DNA from: Nitrospiria bacterium
GTDB taxonomy: Bacteria; Nitrospirota; Nitrospiria; JACQCE01
DNA: 64,000 nucleotides
Assembly (NCBI GenBank): GCA_035517195.1
Contig: DATIZH010000027.1
Span: 3,581-67,580, forward strand
Direction of reading: 5' to 3'
The translations under genes and the position numbers were made by a program. Shown in pieces: positions 18,412-27,980 of the stretch (position 1 is its first letter; every line of letters starts with the position of its first letter). Under the pieces are notes generated by a model. That model was not told where the DNA came from. It was given only the letters and a program-made list of their open reading frames with translations, and did no database searches.

Positions 18412-19830
18412 CTAATGGGCAGGCGCCCGCGCGGTGTAGCGGTCGAGAAACGCGGCGATCTGCGCCTGCTCCTCTTCGCTGATCGTCATCCCGGCGCTCA
18501 TCCGGGCCACCGTGGCCCGCCAGCTGCTCCCACTCCGATGATTGGCCGCGGCGCGCCAGGCGGTCGATTTCTGGTTCAGGCCCGGATCGGTCCACCCATG
18601 GCATTGGTTGCATTTGGCGAAGACGGCCGGCGGCGACGCTTTCGGCGGCGCGCCCGCCGGCGTCACCGTTTGCGCGTCGATGAAGGCGGATTGCTTCTCG
18701 ACCGGATCGAACGGCAGCCCCGCGACGTTCGTCCATGTCGCCCCGCCGTCCACGGAGCTGAAGAGCCCGGCCCCGTGCAACCCCGCGAAGAGATGATCGG
18801 GGTGCCTCGGATCGAGCGCCAGGGCGCGGACGTCTTTTTCAGGAAGGCCGGCGTTGACCGAGGTCCAGGTGGCGCCGTCATCCTCGCTTTTCATGACGCC
18901 CGAGTCGCTGGTCGCCGCATAGAGCCGCTTGGGCGCGGACGGATCGAACAGGACGGCGCGGATCCATGAAGATTCCAGCCCGCCCGTCGGCTGCCACGCG
19001 ATCCCCTGGTTCCGGCTGACGAAGAGGCCGCCGTCAGCGATGGTGCCGGCGTACAGCCAGCCCGAATCGGGCCGGGCCGCGAGCGTGGCGATGCGCTTGC
19101 CCTGCAACGCCGCGACCGCCTTCCAGCCGCGCCCGCCCTTCGGCCTGGCATAGAGACCGGACTGCGTCCCGATGAAGAGCGTGCCGGTATCGGGTCCGAT
19201 CACCATGGCATTCTGAAACTGGGGGCCGGCCCAGAAGCGCAACCGGTCGGTGATTGCATGCCAGGCCGGCTGATCGTCCCTCCGCTCGTACAACTCGGTT
19301 GACGTCACAACGGCGAGACGGTCATGCGGCCCCTGCTGCGTGTCGGCCTGGACGGCGATCCGGCCGACGGCGGTGTTGCCGAGCCCGTCATTGGCCTCCT
19401 TCCATGAAACACCGCCGTCCTCACTGTAATAGAAGCCGCCGCCCCAGGTCGCGGCGTAAAGGCGGCCGGGGGCCTTGGGGGACGGCCTGAGATCGTAGAC
19501 GAGATAATCCTTGAGCCCCTGGTTGATGAACGACCAGCTCTTGCCTCCGTCCACGCTTTTGAGCAACCCCTGGTTGTCGGTGGCCACGTAGAGCGTGTCC
19601 GGCGCCTGCGGATCGACCACGATGGCGCTGATGAAAAAGGACGGCCCGGAGGGAGGCGGAGCCGGCCAGGCCGCATCCGCCATGACCAGCGGAAGGAGCA
19701 GGCCGGCGGCAAGGGCACGGCCCCATCGCCGGATGATCCGCTCGCGCCTTTGCGCGTGCTCAAGTGAGGGGGAGATCCTCATCTCCCCCTCAGCACCCCC
19801 GTCGCTAGACGCAATACGCATCGTATTCAC
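18412..19830 (-). CDS. BNR/Ycf48-like beta-propeller protein with a C-terminal CxxCH haem-binding motif
   Basis: Four SxDxGxxW BNR motifs (SVDGGKSWS, SEDGGVSWK, SEDDGATWT, SVDGGATWT). The C-terminal segment of about 70 aa contains FAKCNQCHGW. Which of several in-frame Met codons is the true start is uncertain. Confidence 0.75.
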   Translation of the reverse strand: MNTMRIASSDGGAEGEMRISPSLEHAQRRERIIRRWGRALAAGLLLPLVMADAAWPAPPPSGPSFFISAIVVDPQAPDTLYVATDNQGLLKSVDGGKSWSFINQGLKDYLVYDLRPSPKAPGRLYAATWGGGFYYSEDGGVSWKEANDGLGNTAVGRIAVQADTQQGPHDRLAVVTSTELYERRDDQPAWHAITDRLRFWAGPQFQNAMVIGPDTGTLFIGTQSGLYARPKGGRGWKAVAALQGKRIATLAARPDSGWLYAGTIADGGLFVSRNQGIAWQPTGGLESSWIRAVLFDPSAPKRLYAATSDSGVMKSEDDGATWTSVNAGLPEKDVRALALDPRHPDHLFAGLHGAGLFSSVDGGATWTNVAGLPFDPVEKQSAFIDAQTVTPAGAPPKASPPAVFAKCNQCHGWTDPGLNQKSTAWRAAANHRSGSSWRATVARMSAGMTISEEEQAQIAAFLDRYTARAPAH

Positions 19831-19907
19831 TCAGGTGACTAAGTAGCGGACAACGTTGCTCAGCCGCCTGATCCCGTTGTTCCGCTCGCGCTCGCGCGCT
19901 CGCTCAA

Positions 19908-20015
19908 ATCAGGGGGAGTGATGCGCTTCGACTCGGCCATGGCCAGGCCATGTGGCCGGCTCAGATTTCGCTTCGCAGGCGTAGCCTGCGAAGCTTCATT
20001 CACACTCCCCCTGAT
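19908..20015. repeat. Nested palindromic element (108 nt) in the spacer between the FAH-family gene and the BNR gene
   Basis: 13-bp perfect outer stem ATCAGGGGGAGTG (19908-19920) with CACTCCCCCTGAT (20003-20015). 11-bp perfect inner hairpin GCTTCGCAGGC-GTA-GCCTGCGAAGC (19970-19994). GGCCATGGCC palindrome at 19935-19944. Confidence 0.8.
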
Positions 20016-20082
20016 ATCATCTATGGAGGCTACCGCCCCCACGCCCCGGCCCATCGCCCGTACGAAATATGTGCCAAACATC

Positions 20083-20835
20083 TTAACGAACCATATTGGT
20101 CAGCCGTCCAATCCCCTCAATCACCACCTCGATCGTGTCGCCGCGCTGCAGCGGTCCGACGCCTGAGGGAGTGCCCGTGGTAATCACGTCGCCGGGAAGG
20201 AGCGTCATGATCGACGAGATGAAGCTGACCAGGACGGGGACGGGGAAAATCAGATCGGCCGTCGTGCTCGATTGCCTGGTCTGGCCGTTGAGGATCCCCT
20301 CGATCTTCAGGTTCGACGGATCAAGGTCCGTCACGATCCAGGGACCGATGGGCGCAAAGGTGTCAAATGATTTGGCCCGCGTCCATTGCTTGTCCTTCTG
20401 CTGCAGATCCCGCGCGGTGACATCGTTCAGGCAGGTGCAGCCCAGGATCGCCTCGGAGGCCTGGGCGGGCGTGACCGACCGGGTCTTTTTTTTGATGACG
20501 ACGGCCAGCTCGGCTTCGTAATCGAGCCGCGTCACCCCCTCCGGATAGTGAATGGCGGCGCCGGGGCCGATAACCGATGTGGAGGGCTTGAGGAAGAGCA
20601 GCGGCTCCCCGGGCAGCCGGTGGCCCATCTCCTGCGCGTGCGCCCGGTAGTTGACGCCGACGGCGACTATTTTCGACGGTTCGCAGGGAGGAAGAAGCGT
20701 CACGTCGTCCAACTGGAACGACCGGGGACCGAATCGCAGGGTGCCGTACGGATCGCCGGTCAGCTCCCTGATCTGGCGCTGCTCGACCGCGCCGTACCGG
20801 ACCTGGCCGTCGCTGGAAAACCGGAGAAGTTTCAT
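20083..20835 (-). CDS. Fumarylacetoacetate hydrolase (FAH) family protein
   Basis: Start trimmed to MKLLRFSSDGQVRYG. Typical FAH-fold blocks are KIVAVGVNYRAHAQE, LFLKPSTSVIGP, YEAELAVVI, NDVTARDLQ, KSFDTFAPIGPWIVT and PGDVITTGTPSGVGP. Confidence 0.88.
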   Translation of the reverse strand: MKLLRFSSDGQVRYGAVEQRQIRELTGDPYGTLRFGPRSFQLDDVTLLPPCEPSKIVAVGVNYRAHAQEMGHRLPGEPLLFLKPSTSVIGPGAAIHYPEGVTRLDYEAELAVVIKKKTRSVTPAQASEAILGCTCLNDVTARDLQQKDKQWTRAKSFDTFAPIGPWIVTDLDPSNLKIEGILNGQTRQSSTTADLIFPVPVLVSFISSIMTLLPGDVITTGTPSGVGPLQRGDTIEVVIEGIGRLTNMVR

Positions 20836-21053
20836 GATTGCGAGGGAATGGGGGGATTCGATGACCGGGCACATTGATGATTGGAGGCAGGCCGGTCAAC
20901 ACGCTCCTGCTGCAGGGCCGCAGGGAGCGAGGACCCCGGAGCGTACTGTGTGGTACGTGAGGATTCCGAGCGACCGGCCTTGTACCGAGAATCGGACATG
21001 CCTCTCATCTCCGATTCGAGGTCAACGCAGCAGAGGGACTTTTCAACGGCCTG

Positions 21054-21332
21054 CTAATGATCGACCAGTTCCTTGAGCTCCTTGCCAGCCTTGAAAAAAG
21101 GGACCCGTTTGGCCGGGACCGCCACCGGCGAACCGGTTTTCGGATTGCGCCCTTCCCGCGAGCGGCGCTGGCGCAATCGGAAGCTGCCGAAGCCGCGGAT
21201 CTCGATCTTTTCGCCGTTGGCCAGCGTGTCCTTGATGCTGTTGAAGACCGCGTTGACGATGATCTCCGTCTGCCGCTTGGTCAGGGTGTGGATCTGCTCC
21301 GACACCCGCTCGATGAGTTCCGCCTTCGTCAT
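21054..21332 (-). CDS. ihfB: Integration host factor subunit beta
   Basis: 92 aa: MTKAELIERV...IEIRGFGSFRLRQRRSREGRNPKTGSPVAVPAKRVPFFKAGKELKELV. It is the last gene of the rpsA cluster, as in many Gram-negative bacteria. Confidence 0.88.
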   Translation of the reverse strand: MTKAELIERVSEQIHTLTKRQTEIIVNAVFNSIKDTLANGEKIEIRGFGSFRLRQRRSREGRNPKTGSPVAVPAKRVPFFKAGKELKELVDH

Positions 21333-21348
21333 ATGCCTGCTCCTCGTG

Positions 21349-22263
21349 TTAAAACGCCATGCGGTACTCCAACCTCACGCCCGTCGGCAGCCCGACGATC
21401 CCGCCGCCGAACAGCTTCGACTGCAGCAATTCCCGCAGCGAAAACCGCGGCTTGGTCTCAATCACCTCCGGCTCGCCCTCGATATGGGCAAGGGCGGCCG
21501 CGGCGTGAATGGCGTCGCGCAAGTCGCCCAGCTGATCGACCAGGCCGGCGGTCTTCGCCTGCCGGCCGGTGAAGACCCGGCCGTCGGCCAGGCGCGTGAC
21601 GTCCACCACCGTCAGGCCCCGCCCCTTGGCCACCGCTTCGATGAATTGATGATGCACGTCGTCCAGGACCGTCTGGAGCAGCGCGCGCTCCTCCGGACGC
21701 ATCTTGCGAAACGGCGAACCGGTGTCCTTGTGCGAGCCGCTTTTGATGACGATGCTCTCGACCCCGACTTTTTTCAACAGCCCTTCCACGTTCGGGATCT
21801 CCATGATGACGCCGATGCTGCCCGTGAGCGTGCCGGGGCTCGCCACGATCTTGTCCGACGCGGACGCAATGTAGTAGCCGCCGGAGGCCGCCACCGTGCC
21901 CATTGAGACGACGACTTTCTTCCTGTATGTCGTCCGCAGCCGGTTGACGGCTTCATAGATCTCCTGCGCCGGCACGACGGCGCCGCCCGGGCTGTCGATT
22001 CTGAGCACGATGCCGAGGACGGCGGGGTTCTTGGCGTACCGCTCCAGCTCGTCGACCGTTTCCTGGGCGTCGGTGATGACCCCTTCGATCCTGACGAGGG
22101 CAAGCTTCCGGCCGCCGAACGGAGCCGATTCGTCCATCAGGGTGTACAGGAAGGAGGCGACGAAGACCGCCGCCAGCAACAACACGAACAGCCGGGCAGC
22201 CCGCCAGAGGGACGATCGCGCGGGGGAAGGAGGGTGCGGATCGGAAGGGGGGACTGCCGTCAC
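21349..22263 (-). CDS. sppA: Signal peptide peptidase SppA, 36K type
   Basis: N-terminal TM segment, then blocks IVLRIDSPGG, MGTVAASGGYYIASA and VIKSGSHKD. GTG start overlaps the rpsA stop as GTGA. Confidence 0.88.
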   Translation of the reverse strand: MTAVPPSDPHPPSPARSSLWRAARLFVLLLAAVFVASFLYTLMDESAPFGGRKLALVRIEGVITDAQETVDELERYAKNPAVLGIVLRIDSPGGAVVPAQEIYEAVNRLRTTYRKKVVVSMGTVAASGGYYIASASDKIVASPGTLTGSIGVIMEIPNVEGLLKKVGVESIVIKSGSHKDTGSPFRKMRPEERALLQTVLDDVHHQFIEAVAKGRGLTVVDVTRLADGRVFTGRQAKTAGLVDQLGDLRDAIHAAAALAHIEGEPEVIETKPRFSLRELLQSKLFGGGIVGLPTGVRLEYRMAF

Positions 22264-23996
22264 GTCGTCTCGTCGCCCTTTTTGGACCGTTTGGACCGGC
22301 CGGCCACGCGCCCGAGGCTCTGATCGAGCGATCCCTGCTCCTCGTGGAAGCGGCGCAGCTCATCCCGCTCCGTCTCCTTCTGATAGGCCTTGATGCTCAG
22401 GCTGATCTTCCGGTCGGCGCGGTCGATCTTGACGATCTTGCAGGTCACGGTCTGGCCGACGGGATAGAGCTCCTCGAGTTTCTGCGACTGGCGGTCCGTC
22501 GCGTCGCCGCCCGCTTCACTCGCGTGCACCAGTCCCTCGACCCCCTCCGCCAGCTCGACAAAGAAACCGAATTCGGCGTGCCGGATCACCTTGCCCTCCA
22601 CCTGCTGACCGGTCTTGAATCGCGCGACCGCCTCCTCCAACGGATCGGGAGCGAGCTGTTTGTAGCCGAGCGACAGCCGCTCCTTGTCCGGATCGATCTT
22701 GAGCACCAGCGCCTTGATCCGATCGCCCTTGGCCATTATTTCGGACGGATGGGTCACCCGCTTCGTCCATGACAGATCCGAGACGTGAATGAGGCCGTCG
22801 ATCCCCTCCTCCAGGCCGACGAAGACGCCGAAGTCGGTCAGGCTTTTCACGGTGCCTTCGATCACCGAGCCGACCGGATATTTCTGCTCGACGACCTCCC
22901 ATGGATTCGGCTCGATCTGCTTCATGCCCAGTGAGATTTTCCGCGCCTTCGGATCGATGCTCAGCACAACCGCCTCCACCTGCTGGCCGACGGAGACGAG
23001 CTTGGAGGGGTGCTTGACCTCGTGACTCCAGGACATCTCGGAAATGTGGATCAGCCCCTCGACGCCGGGCTCCAGCTCGACAAACGCGCCGTAATCGGTG
23101 ACGCTGACGACCTTGCCCTTGACGCGGCTGCCGACCGGATAGGCCTGGTCGGCGAGCAGCCACGGATCGACGCTCTTCTGCTTGTAGCCGAGCGAGATGC
23201 GGCCGGTCTCCTTGTCATGGCGCAGGATCATGACCGAAATTTTCTGGCCGACCGAGAAGAGCTCGGAGGGATGGCTGATGCGCCCCCAGGACATGTCGGT
23301 GATGTGCAGCAGGCCGTCCACGCCGCCCAGGTCGACGAAGGCGCCGTACTCGGTGATGTTCTTGACCACCCCGTCCACCCACTGCCCTTCCTGGATGTTG
23401 GAGAGCGTCTCCTGCCGCTTCCGTTCCCGACTTTCCTCGAGCAGGACGCGCCGAGACACGACGACGTTGCTGCGCAGGTGGTTCATCTTGATGATCTTGA
23501 CCGGCACCGTCTGGCCCAGCAGGCGGTCGAGATCGCGGGTCGGCCGCAGATCCACCTGCGAGCCGGGCAGGAAGGCTTTCACCCCGATGTCGATGATCAG
23601 TCCGCCCTTGACTCTGGAGACGATCTTGCCGTTGATCGGCTGGCCCGTCTGGTGCAATTTCTCCAGATCGCCCCAGACCTTCATCCGGTCCGCTTTTTCC
23701 TTGGAGAGGACGAGGTTGCCTTCCAGATCCTCCCGGGCTTCCAGAAAGACCTGAATGGGGGCGCCGACGGTGAGCTGTTTCAACTCTTCCTCGGAGAATT
23801 CGCCCTGGGGAATGATCCCTTCCGACTTGTAGCCGATGTCGACCACCACGCCGTCCGGCAGGAACGCGACCACCCGGCCGTCGACCAGGCTGCCCTCCTG
23901 AAGGTTTTTGAACGTTTCGGAATACAGCTCGTCGAATCGCGCGCGATCGCCGGGCAAATCGGACTGTCCCCGTTCCTGTGTCTGCTGCACCGCCAT
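22260..23996 (-). CDS. rpsA: 30S ribosomal protein S1
   Basis: Six S1 OB-fold repeats (G..V.G.V..i...GafV.l..g.eGLiH.S(e/d)ls). Start trimmed to ATG 23996 (MAVQQTQ), which has GGAGAATAGAGGT upstream and avoids a 70-nt overlap with plsC. Confidence 0.93.
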   Translation of the reverse strand: MAVQQTQERGQSDLPGDRARFDELYSETFKNLQEGSLVDGRVVAFLPDGVVVDIGYKSEGIIPQGEFSEEELKQLTVGAPIQVFLEAREDLEGNLVLSKEKADRMKVWGDLEKLHQTGQPINGKIVSRVKGGLIIDIGVKAFLPGSQVDLRPTRDLDRLLGQTVPVKIIKMNHLRSNVVVSRRVLLEESRERKRQETLSNIQEGQWVDGVVKNITEYGAFVDLGGVDGLLHITDMSWGRISHPSELFSVGQKISVMILRHDKETGRISLGYKQKSVDPWLLADQAYPVGSRVKGKVVSVTDYGAFVELEPGVEGLIHISEMSWSHEVKHPSKLVSVGQQVEAVVLSIDPKARKISLGMKQIEPNPWEVVEQKYPVGSVIEGTVKSLTDFGVFVGLEEGIDGLIHVSDLSWTKRVTHPSEIMAKGDRIKALVLKIDPDKERLSLGYKQLAPDPLEEAVARFKTGQQVEGKVIRHAEFGFFVELAEGVEGLVHASEAGGDATDRQSQKLEELYPVGQTVTCKIVKIDRADRKISLSIKAYQKETERDELRRFHEEQGSLDQSLGRVAGRSKRSKKGDETT

Positions 23997-24000
23997 ACCT

Positions 24001-24738
24001 CTATTCTCCCCTCTCTCCCGATGATTGAGCGCTGTCAGAGCGACCGGCATCACGGACCGGCGCTTGGCCATGGTCCCGACTCTGCCGGCGCAATTGCTTG
24101 ATCGCGTCCATTACCTTGTGGCTGACCTTGATATGATACGCGCGCTCCTCTTCCCCGTTTTCAGTTCCGTCGTGATCCGGCCCGGCTGATATCGATGCAG
24201 GGAGCGGAAACCGCATGGGCGGCCCGAGCCGCACCGTCACCCGCCGGGGCCGGATCCACCTCGCCCCCCGTGGCATCGCCTCGTCCGTGCCCGTCACATA
24301 GGCCGGCAGCACGGCCACGCCGGTCCGGGCCACAATCACACCCACCCCCGGCTTAGGCGGCAGCAATTCCCCCGTCAGGTTAATGCCCCCCTCCGGGTAG
24401 ATCACCACCACCCGGCCGGCCTGGATCCGAAGCACCGCTTCGTTGAGCGCTTCTTTCGTCACGCCGCCGCGTCGGATCGGAAACCCACCCAGCCAGCGGT
24501 AGATCCAGCCGATCACGGGGTGATGAAACAGCTCCCGCTTCCCCATGAAATCGGCCGGCCGGCCAAGTGCACAGGCCATCATGGGAATATCCAAATAACT
24601 GATGTGATTTCCGGCGACCAACAAGCCGCCTTCGGCGGGCACATGCTCCCGCCCCACCACTTCGAGCCGCAGGTACCATCGGGCCCACCAATGGATGATC
24701 ACCCGAAGTACGCCATAGAACAGAGCACCGGCCACCAT
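24001..24738 (-). CDS. plsC: 1-acyl-sn-glycerol-3-phosphate acyltransferase
   Basis: Acyltransferase motifs AGNHISYLDIP (NHxxxxD) and VVIYPEGG. Confidence 0.85.
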   Translation of the reverse strand: MVAGALFYGVLRVIIHWWARWYLRLEVVGREHVPAEGGLLVAGNHISYLDIPMMACALGRPADFMGKRELFHHPVIGWIYRWLGGFPIRRGGVTKEALNEAVLRIQAGRVVVIYPEGGINLTGELLPPKPGVGVIVARTGVAVLPAYVTGTDEAMPRGARWIRPRRVTVRLGPPMRFPLPASISAGPDHDGTENGEEERAYHIKVSHKVMDAIKQLRRQSRDHGQAPVRDAGRSDSAQSSGERGE

Positions 24739-24791
24739 TCCTGGTGTGTGGCTCGTCCGCTGGCTCTTCTTCTGACTGTCTCTTCGGACAG

Positions 24792-25634
24792 TCAGTGGCC
24801 CCCCCGGCGCAACCGTTCGAATGATAAGGGAATCCCGCGGCCGTTCAAAACCGTCATCATCTTATCCACCACCTGCTCCAAAGTCAAGCCGGTGGTGTCG
24901 ATGCGGACCGCGTCCGGCGCCGGCCGCAGGGGCGCGACCCGCCGGCCCTGATCGCGGCGGTCCCGCTCCGAGATGGCCGAGAGCACCTGCCGCACCGACC
25001 CCCGCCGCGCCGGCGGCCGGCCGACCGCCTGTTCCTGGAAGCGGCGTCGGCCGCGAACCGATGGATCGGCGTCGAGAAAAAATTTCGCCGGCGCCGCTGG
25101 GCAGACGACCGTGCCGATATCCCGTCCCTCCATCACTACCCGTCCCTCCCGCACCAGCGCCCGTTGCAGCCGCAGCAGCCGCCGCCGGACCGCGGGCAGG
25201 GCGGCCACGCGGGACGCCATGGCGGTGACCGCATCCCCCCGCAGTTCGCGCGTGAGCGTCCGCTTCCCCACACGGATCCTCCAGCCCGCCGGTCCCGTAT
25301 GTCCCCTCTTGCTTCTATAAATGTGCGCCACCGGCGACAGCGTCAGCGCCAGACGGGCGCACAACCGCCCGACCGCGGTCCGGTCATCCGGGTCGACCCC
25401 GGACTTGAGCGCGCTCCATGCGACCGCCCGATAGAGCCCGCCCGTCTCGAAGACCCGCCATCCCAGCCGTTCGGCCAGCAATCTCGAGGCGCTGCTCTTT
25501 CCCGCCCCGGACGGCCCGTCGATGGGAATGACCGACGGAGGCCGCGGGGCACGGCGGATCCGCCGGGATACGGCGCGGCGACCGGATCGTCGCCCGCGGG
25601 CGCGAGCCGTTGACTTGGCGGCTCGGGGGGTCAT
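24792..25634 (-). CDS. cmk: Cytidylate kinase with an Arg-rich N-terminal extension
   Basis: P-loop IPIDGPSGAGKSS, then GGLYRAVAW and EGRDIGTVV. Start set at ATG 25634, 1 nt after the aroA stop. This leaves an extension of about 33 aa (TPRAAKSTARARGRRSGRRAVSRRIRRAPRPP) with no later canonical in-frame start. Confidence 0.85.
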   Translation of the reverse strand: MTPRAAKSTARARGRRSGRRAVSRRIRRAPRPPSVIPIDGPSGAGKSSASRLLAERLGWRVFETGGLYRAVAWSALKSGVDPDDRTAVGRLCARLALTLSPVAHIYRSKRGHTGPAGWRIRVGKRTLTRELRGDAVTAMASRVAALPAVRRRLLRLQRALVREGRVVMEGRDIGTVVCPAAPAKFFLDADPSVRGRRRFQEQAVGRPPARRGSVRQVLSAISERDRRDQGRRVAPLRPAPDAVRIDTTGLTLEQVVDKMMTVLNGRGIPLSFERLRRGGH

Positions 25635-25635
25635 G

Positions 25636-26967
25636 TCAATCGGCCTCCAGGGTGATGTCGGCGCCCAGACGCCTGAACAGATCGGCGAAGCCTGGGAACG
25701 ACGTCTCAATGCAGTCCACGTCTTCGATCATCGTCTCTCCCTGCGCCGCCAGCCCCGCCACGGCCAGCGCCATCGCGATCCGGTGATCGCCGTGGCTGTG
25801 GCACGCCGCTCCGCGCAAGGAGGCTCCCCCTGCGATCCGGACGCCGTCCGGCAGTTCCTCGACGCCGACGCCGAGCTTGCGCAACTCCGCCGCCATCACG
25901 GCGATCCGGTCGCTTTCCTTGACACGCAATTCCTGCGCGTCCCGCACGACCGTCTCGCCCTTCGCCACGGCCGCCGCCACGCAGAGAATCGGGAATTCGT
26001 CGATCATCGTCACGATCTGCGACCCGGACGCCGTCACGCCCCGAAGCCCGGCTGCTTGGGAGGTCAGATCGGCCACCGGCTCTCCGCCGAAGGCGGACGA
26101 TGCGCCGCGGGGCTGTTCCATCCCGATCTTTGCCCCCATGGACGCCAGCAACTCCAGCAGGCCCGTGCGGGTCGGATTGATTCCGACGGCCGGAATGCGC
26201 ACGCTGGCCGACGGCACGATGGCGGCCGCCACCAGCGGAAAAGCCGCCGAGGAGAGATCGCCGGGCACGGTGATCTCGGCGCCGCGCAACCGCTGGGGGC
26301 CGGTGAGCGAGACGCCGGACTCTTCGACTGTCACACGCGCGCCGAATTGCGGCAGCATCCGCTCGGTGTGATCGCGCGAGCGGGCCGGCTCCATGATCCG
26401 CGTGGTTCCCTCGGCCGACAGCGCCGCAAGGAGCAACGCCGATTTCAATTGCGCGCTGGCCACGGGCAGTTCCGCGTCGATTGCGTTGAGCGGCCGACGG
26501 CCCTGCACGACTAAAGGCGCCCGTTCGCCGCCTCCCCATGCGAAGAGCTCCGCGCCCATCCGCCGCAGCGGGTCGATCACCCGCCGCATGGGGCGGCGCC
26601 GCAGCGACGCGTCGCCCGTCAGCACCGACACAAACGGCAGGCCGGCCAGCAACCCCGTCAGCAATCGCAGGCTGGTCCCGGAGTTGCCCAGATCGAGCAG
26701 CGCGGCCGGTTCCTTCAGCGCGTCGGCTCCCATCCCGTCGATCCGCAACCGCGGGCGCGGCGAGTCCTCCTTCACGACGGGCACGCCGAGCGCTTCGACC
26801 GCGGCCAGGCTTCGCAGGCAATCGTCGGCCGGCAGATAGCCGGTGATGACGGTTCGGCCCTCGGCCAGCGCCGCGAGAAGGATCGCCCGGTGTGTGATCG
26901 ACTTGTCGCCCGGGACGGCAACCTCGCCCGCGAGTCGGGCCGTGGGTCGGATGAGCAGCCGGCTCAT
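25636..26967 (-). CDS. aroA: 3-phosphoshikimate 1-carboxyvinyltransferase (EPSP synthase)
   Basis: 443 aa with PGDKSITHRA, LGNSGTSLRLLTG and RVKESDRI motifs. Confidence 0.95.
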   Translation of the reverse strand: MSRLLIRPTARLAGEVAVPGDKSITHRAILLAALAEGRTVITGYLPADDCLRSLAAVEALGVPVVKEDSPRPRLRIDGMGADALKEPAALLDLGNSGTSLRLLTGLLAGLPFVSVLTGDASLRRRPMRRVIDPLRRMGAELFAWGGGERAPLVVQGRRPLNAIDAELPVASAQLKSALLLAALSAEGTTRIMEPARSRDHTERMLPQFGARVTVEESGVSLTGPQRLRGAEITVPGDLSSAAFPLVAAAIVPSASVRIPAVGINPTRTGLLELLASMGAKIGMEQPRGASSAFGGEPVADLTSQAAGLRGVTASGSQIVTMIDEFPILCVAAAVAKGETVVRDAQELRVKESDRIAVMAAELRKLGVGVEELPDGVRIAGGASLRGAACHSHGDHRIAMALAVAGLAAQGETMIEDVDCIETSFPGFADLFRRLGADITLEAD

Positions 26968-26974
26968 GTCGGGG

Positions 26975-27820
26975 TTATGACGGCAACCCGGTTTTGACCC
27001 GGCGGGCCGACCGGAACGCCTCCTCCAGCGACGCGCCGTCGCCGGATTCGATCAACCGGCGATAGCGTTCCAGCGTCGACCGGTAGCGCTCCAACGCCTT
27101 CAGGATTTCCGCGCGGTTCTCCAGGCAGATGTCGCGCCACATCTCGGGCGAACTGGCGGCGATCCGGGTGAAATCGCGAAACCCGCCGGCTGAAAAACCG
27201 AGCAACGCCGGCGCCTCGCGTGAGGCGTCCATGGCGCATTCGACCAGCGCATACGCGACCAGATGGGGAAGATGGCTGACGAGCGCAAGGTAGCGGTCAT
27301 GCTCGTGGGGGTCGAGCGTCGTGACCGTGGCTCCCAGCCGCTCCCAGAAACGGGTCAGGCGCGTGAGCGCATCGGGGCGGGCCAAGACGCCCGGCGTGAG
27401 GAGGCAGCGGCAGCCGTCAAACAACCCGGGCGAGGCCGCCTCAATGCCGGATTGCTCCCGCCCGGCCAGCGGGTGGGCGGAGAGATAAACGACGTGCGGC
27501 GGCAGCAACGCTTCAACCCGGCCGACGAGCGCCCCTTTCACCGAGCCGACATCGGTGAGCAACGCGCCCGGTTTCAACGATGACGCGATCTCCTTGACCA
27601 ACGGCTCGAACAGGCCGACGGGCGTGGCCAGGACGACCAGATCGGCCTCCCGCACCGCTTCGGCCGCCGACGTGGCGGGCCGGTCGATGGCGCGCCGCCG
27701 GACGGCGCGCTTCAGCGCGGCCGGATCGGGGCCATAGCCGACGATCTCTCCGACCAGCCGCTTCCGCTTCGCCGCCATGCCCAGCGACCCGCCCATCAGC
27801 CCGACGCCGAGGAGGGCCAT
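26975..27820 (-). CDS. tyrA: Prephenate/arogenate dehydrogenase
   Basis: Rossmann start MALLGVGLMGGSLG, then a GSVKG block and HPLAGRE. Start trimmed to ATG 27820. The track ORF extends to a GTG at 27934 across the spacer repeat (PGPRTLAPGPL). Confidence 0.82.
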   Translation of the reverse strand: MALLGVGLMGGSLGMAAKRKRLVGEIVGYGPDPAALKRAVRRRAIDRPATSAAEAVREADLVVLATPVGLFEPLVKEIASSLKPGALLTDVGSVKGALVGRVEALLPPHVVYLSAHPLAGREQSGIEAASPGLFDGCRCLLTPGVLARPDALTRLTRFWERLGATVTTLDPHEHDRYLALVSHLPHLVAYALVECAMDASREAPALLGFSAGGFRDFTRIAASSPEMWRDICLENRAEILKALERYRSTLERYRRLIESGDGASLEEAFRSARRVKTGLPS

Positions 27821-27830
27821 GCGATGGAAC

Positions 27831-27975
27831 AAGGGTCCAGGGGCAAGGGTCCGGGGTCCAGGGGAGGAACGACGAGCTTTACGGCGAGTTGATGACGTTC
27901 GTGGTTTCCTTTTGACCCCGCTCTCTCTTTTCACCCCTTGCCCCTTAATCCTTCATCCGCTCTTTCTTCGCTCAT
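27831..27975. repeat. G-tract and C-tract paired-arm module in the DAHP synthase-tyrA spacer
   Basis: Plus strand reads AAGGGTCCAGGGGCAAGGGTCCGGGGTCCAGGGGAG (27831-27866), then ...TTTTGACCCCGCTCTCTCTTTTCACCCCTTGCCCCTTAATCCTTCATCCGC (27909-27960). In the minus-strand mRNA sense the G-rich arm comes first. Confidence 0.8.
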
Positions 27976-27980
27976 CCGCC

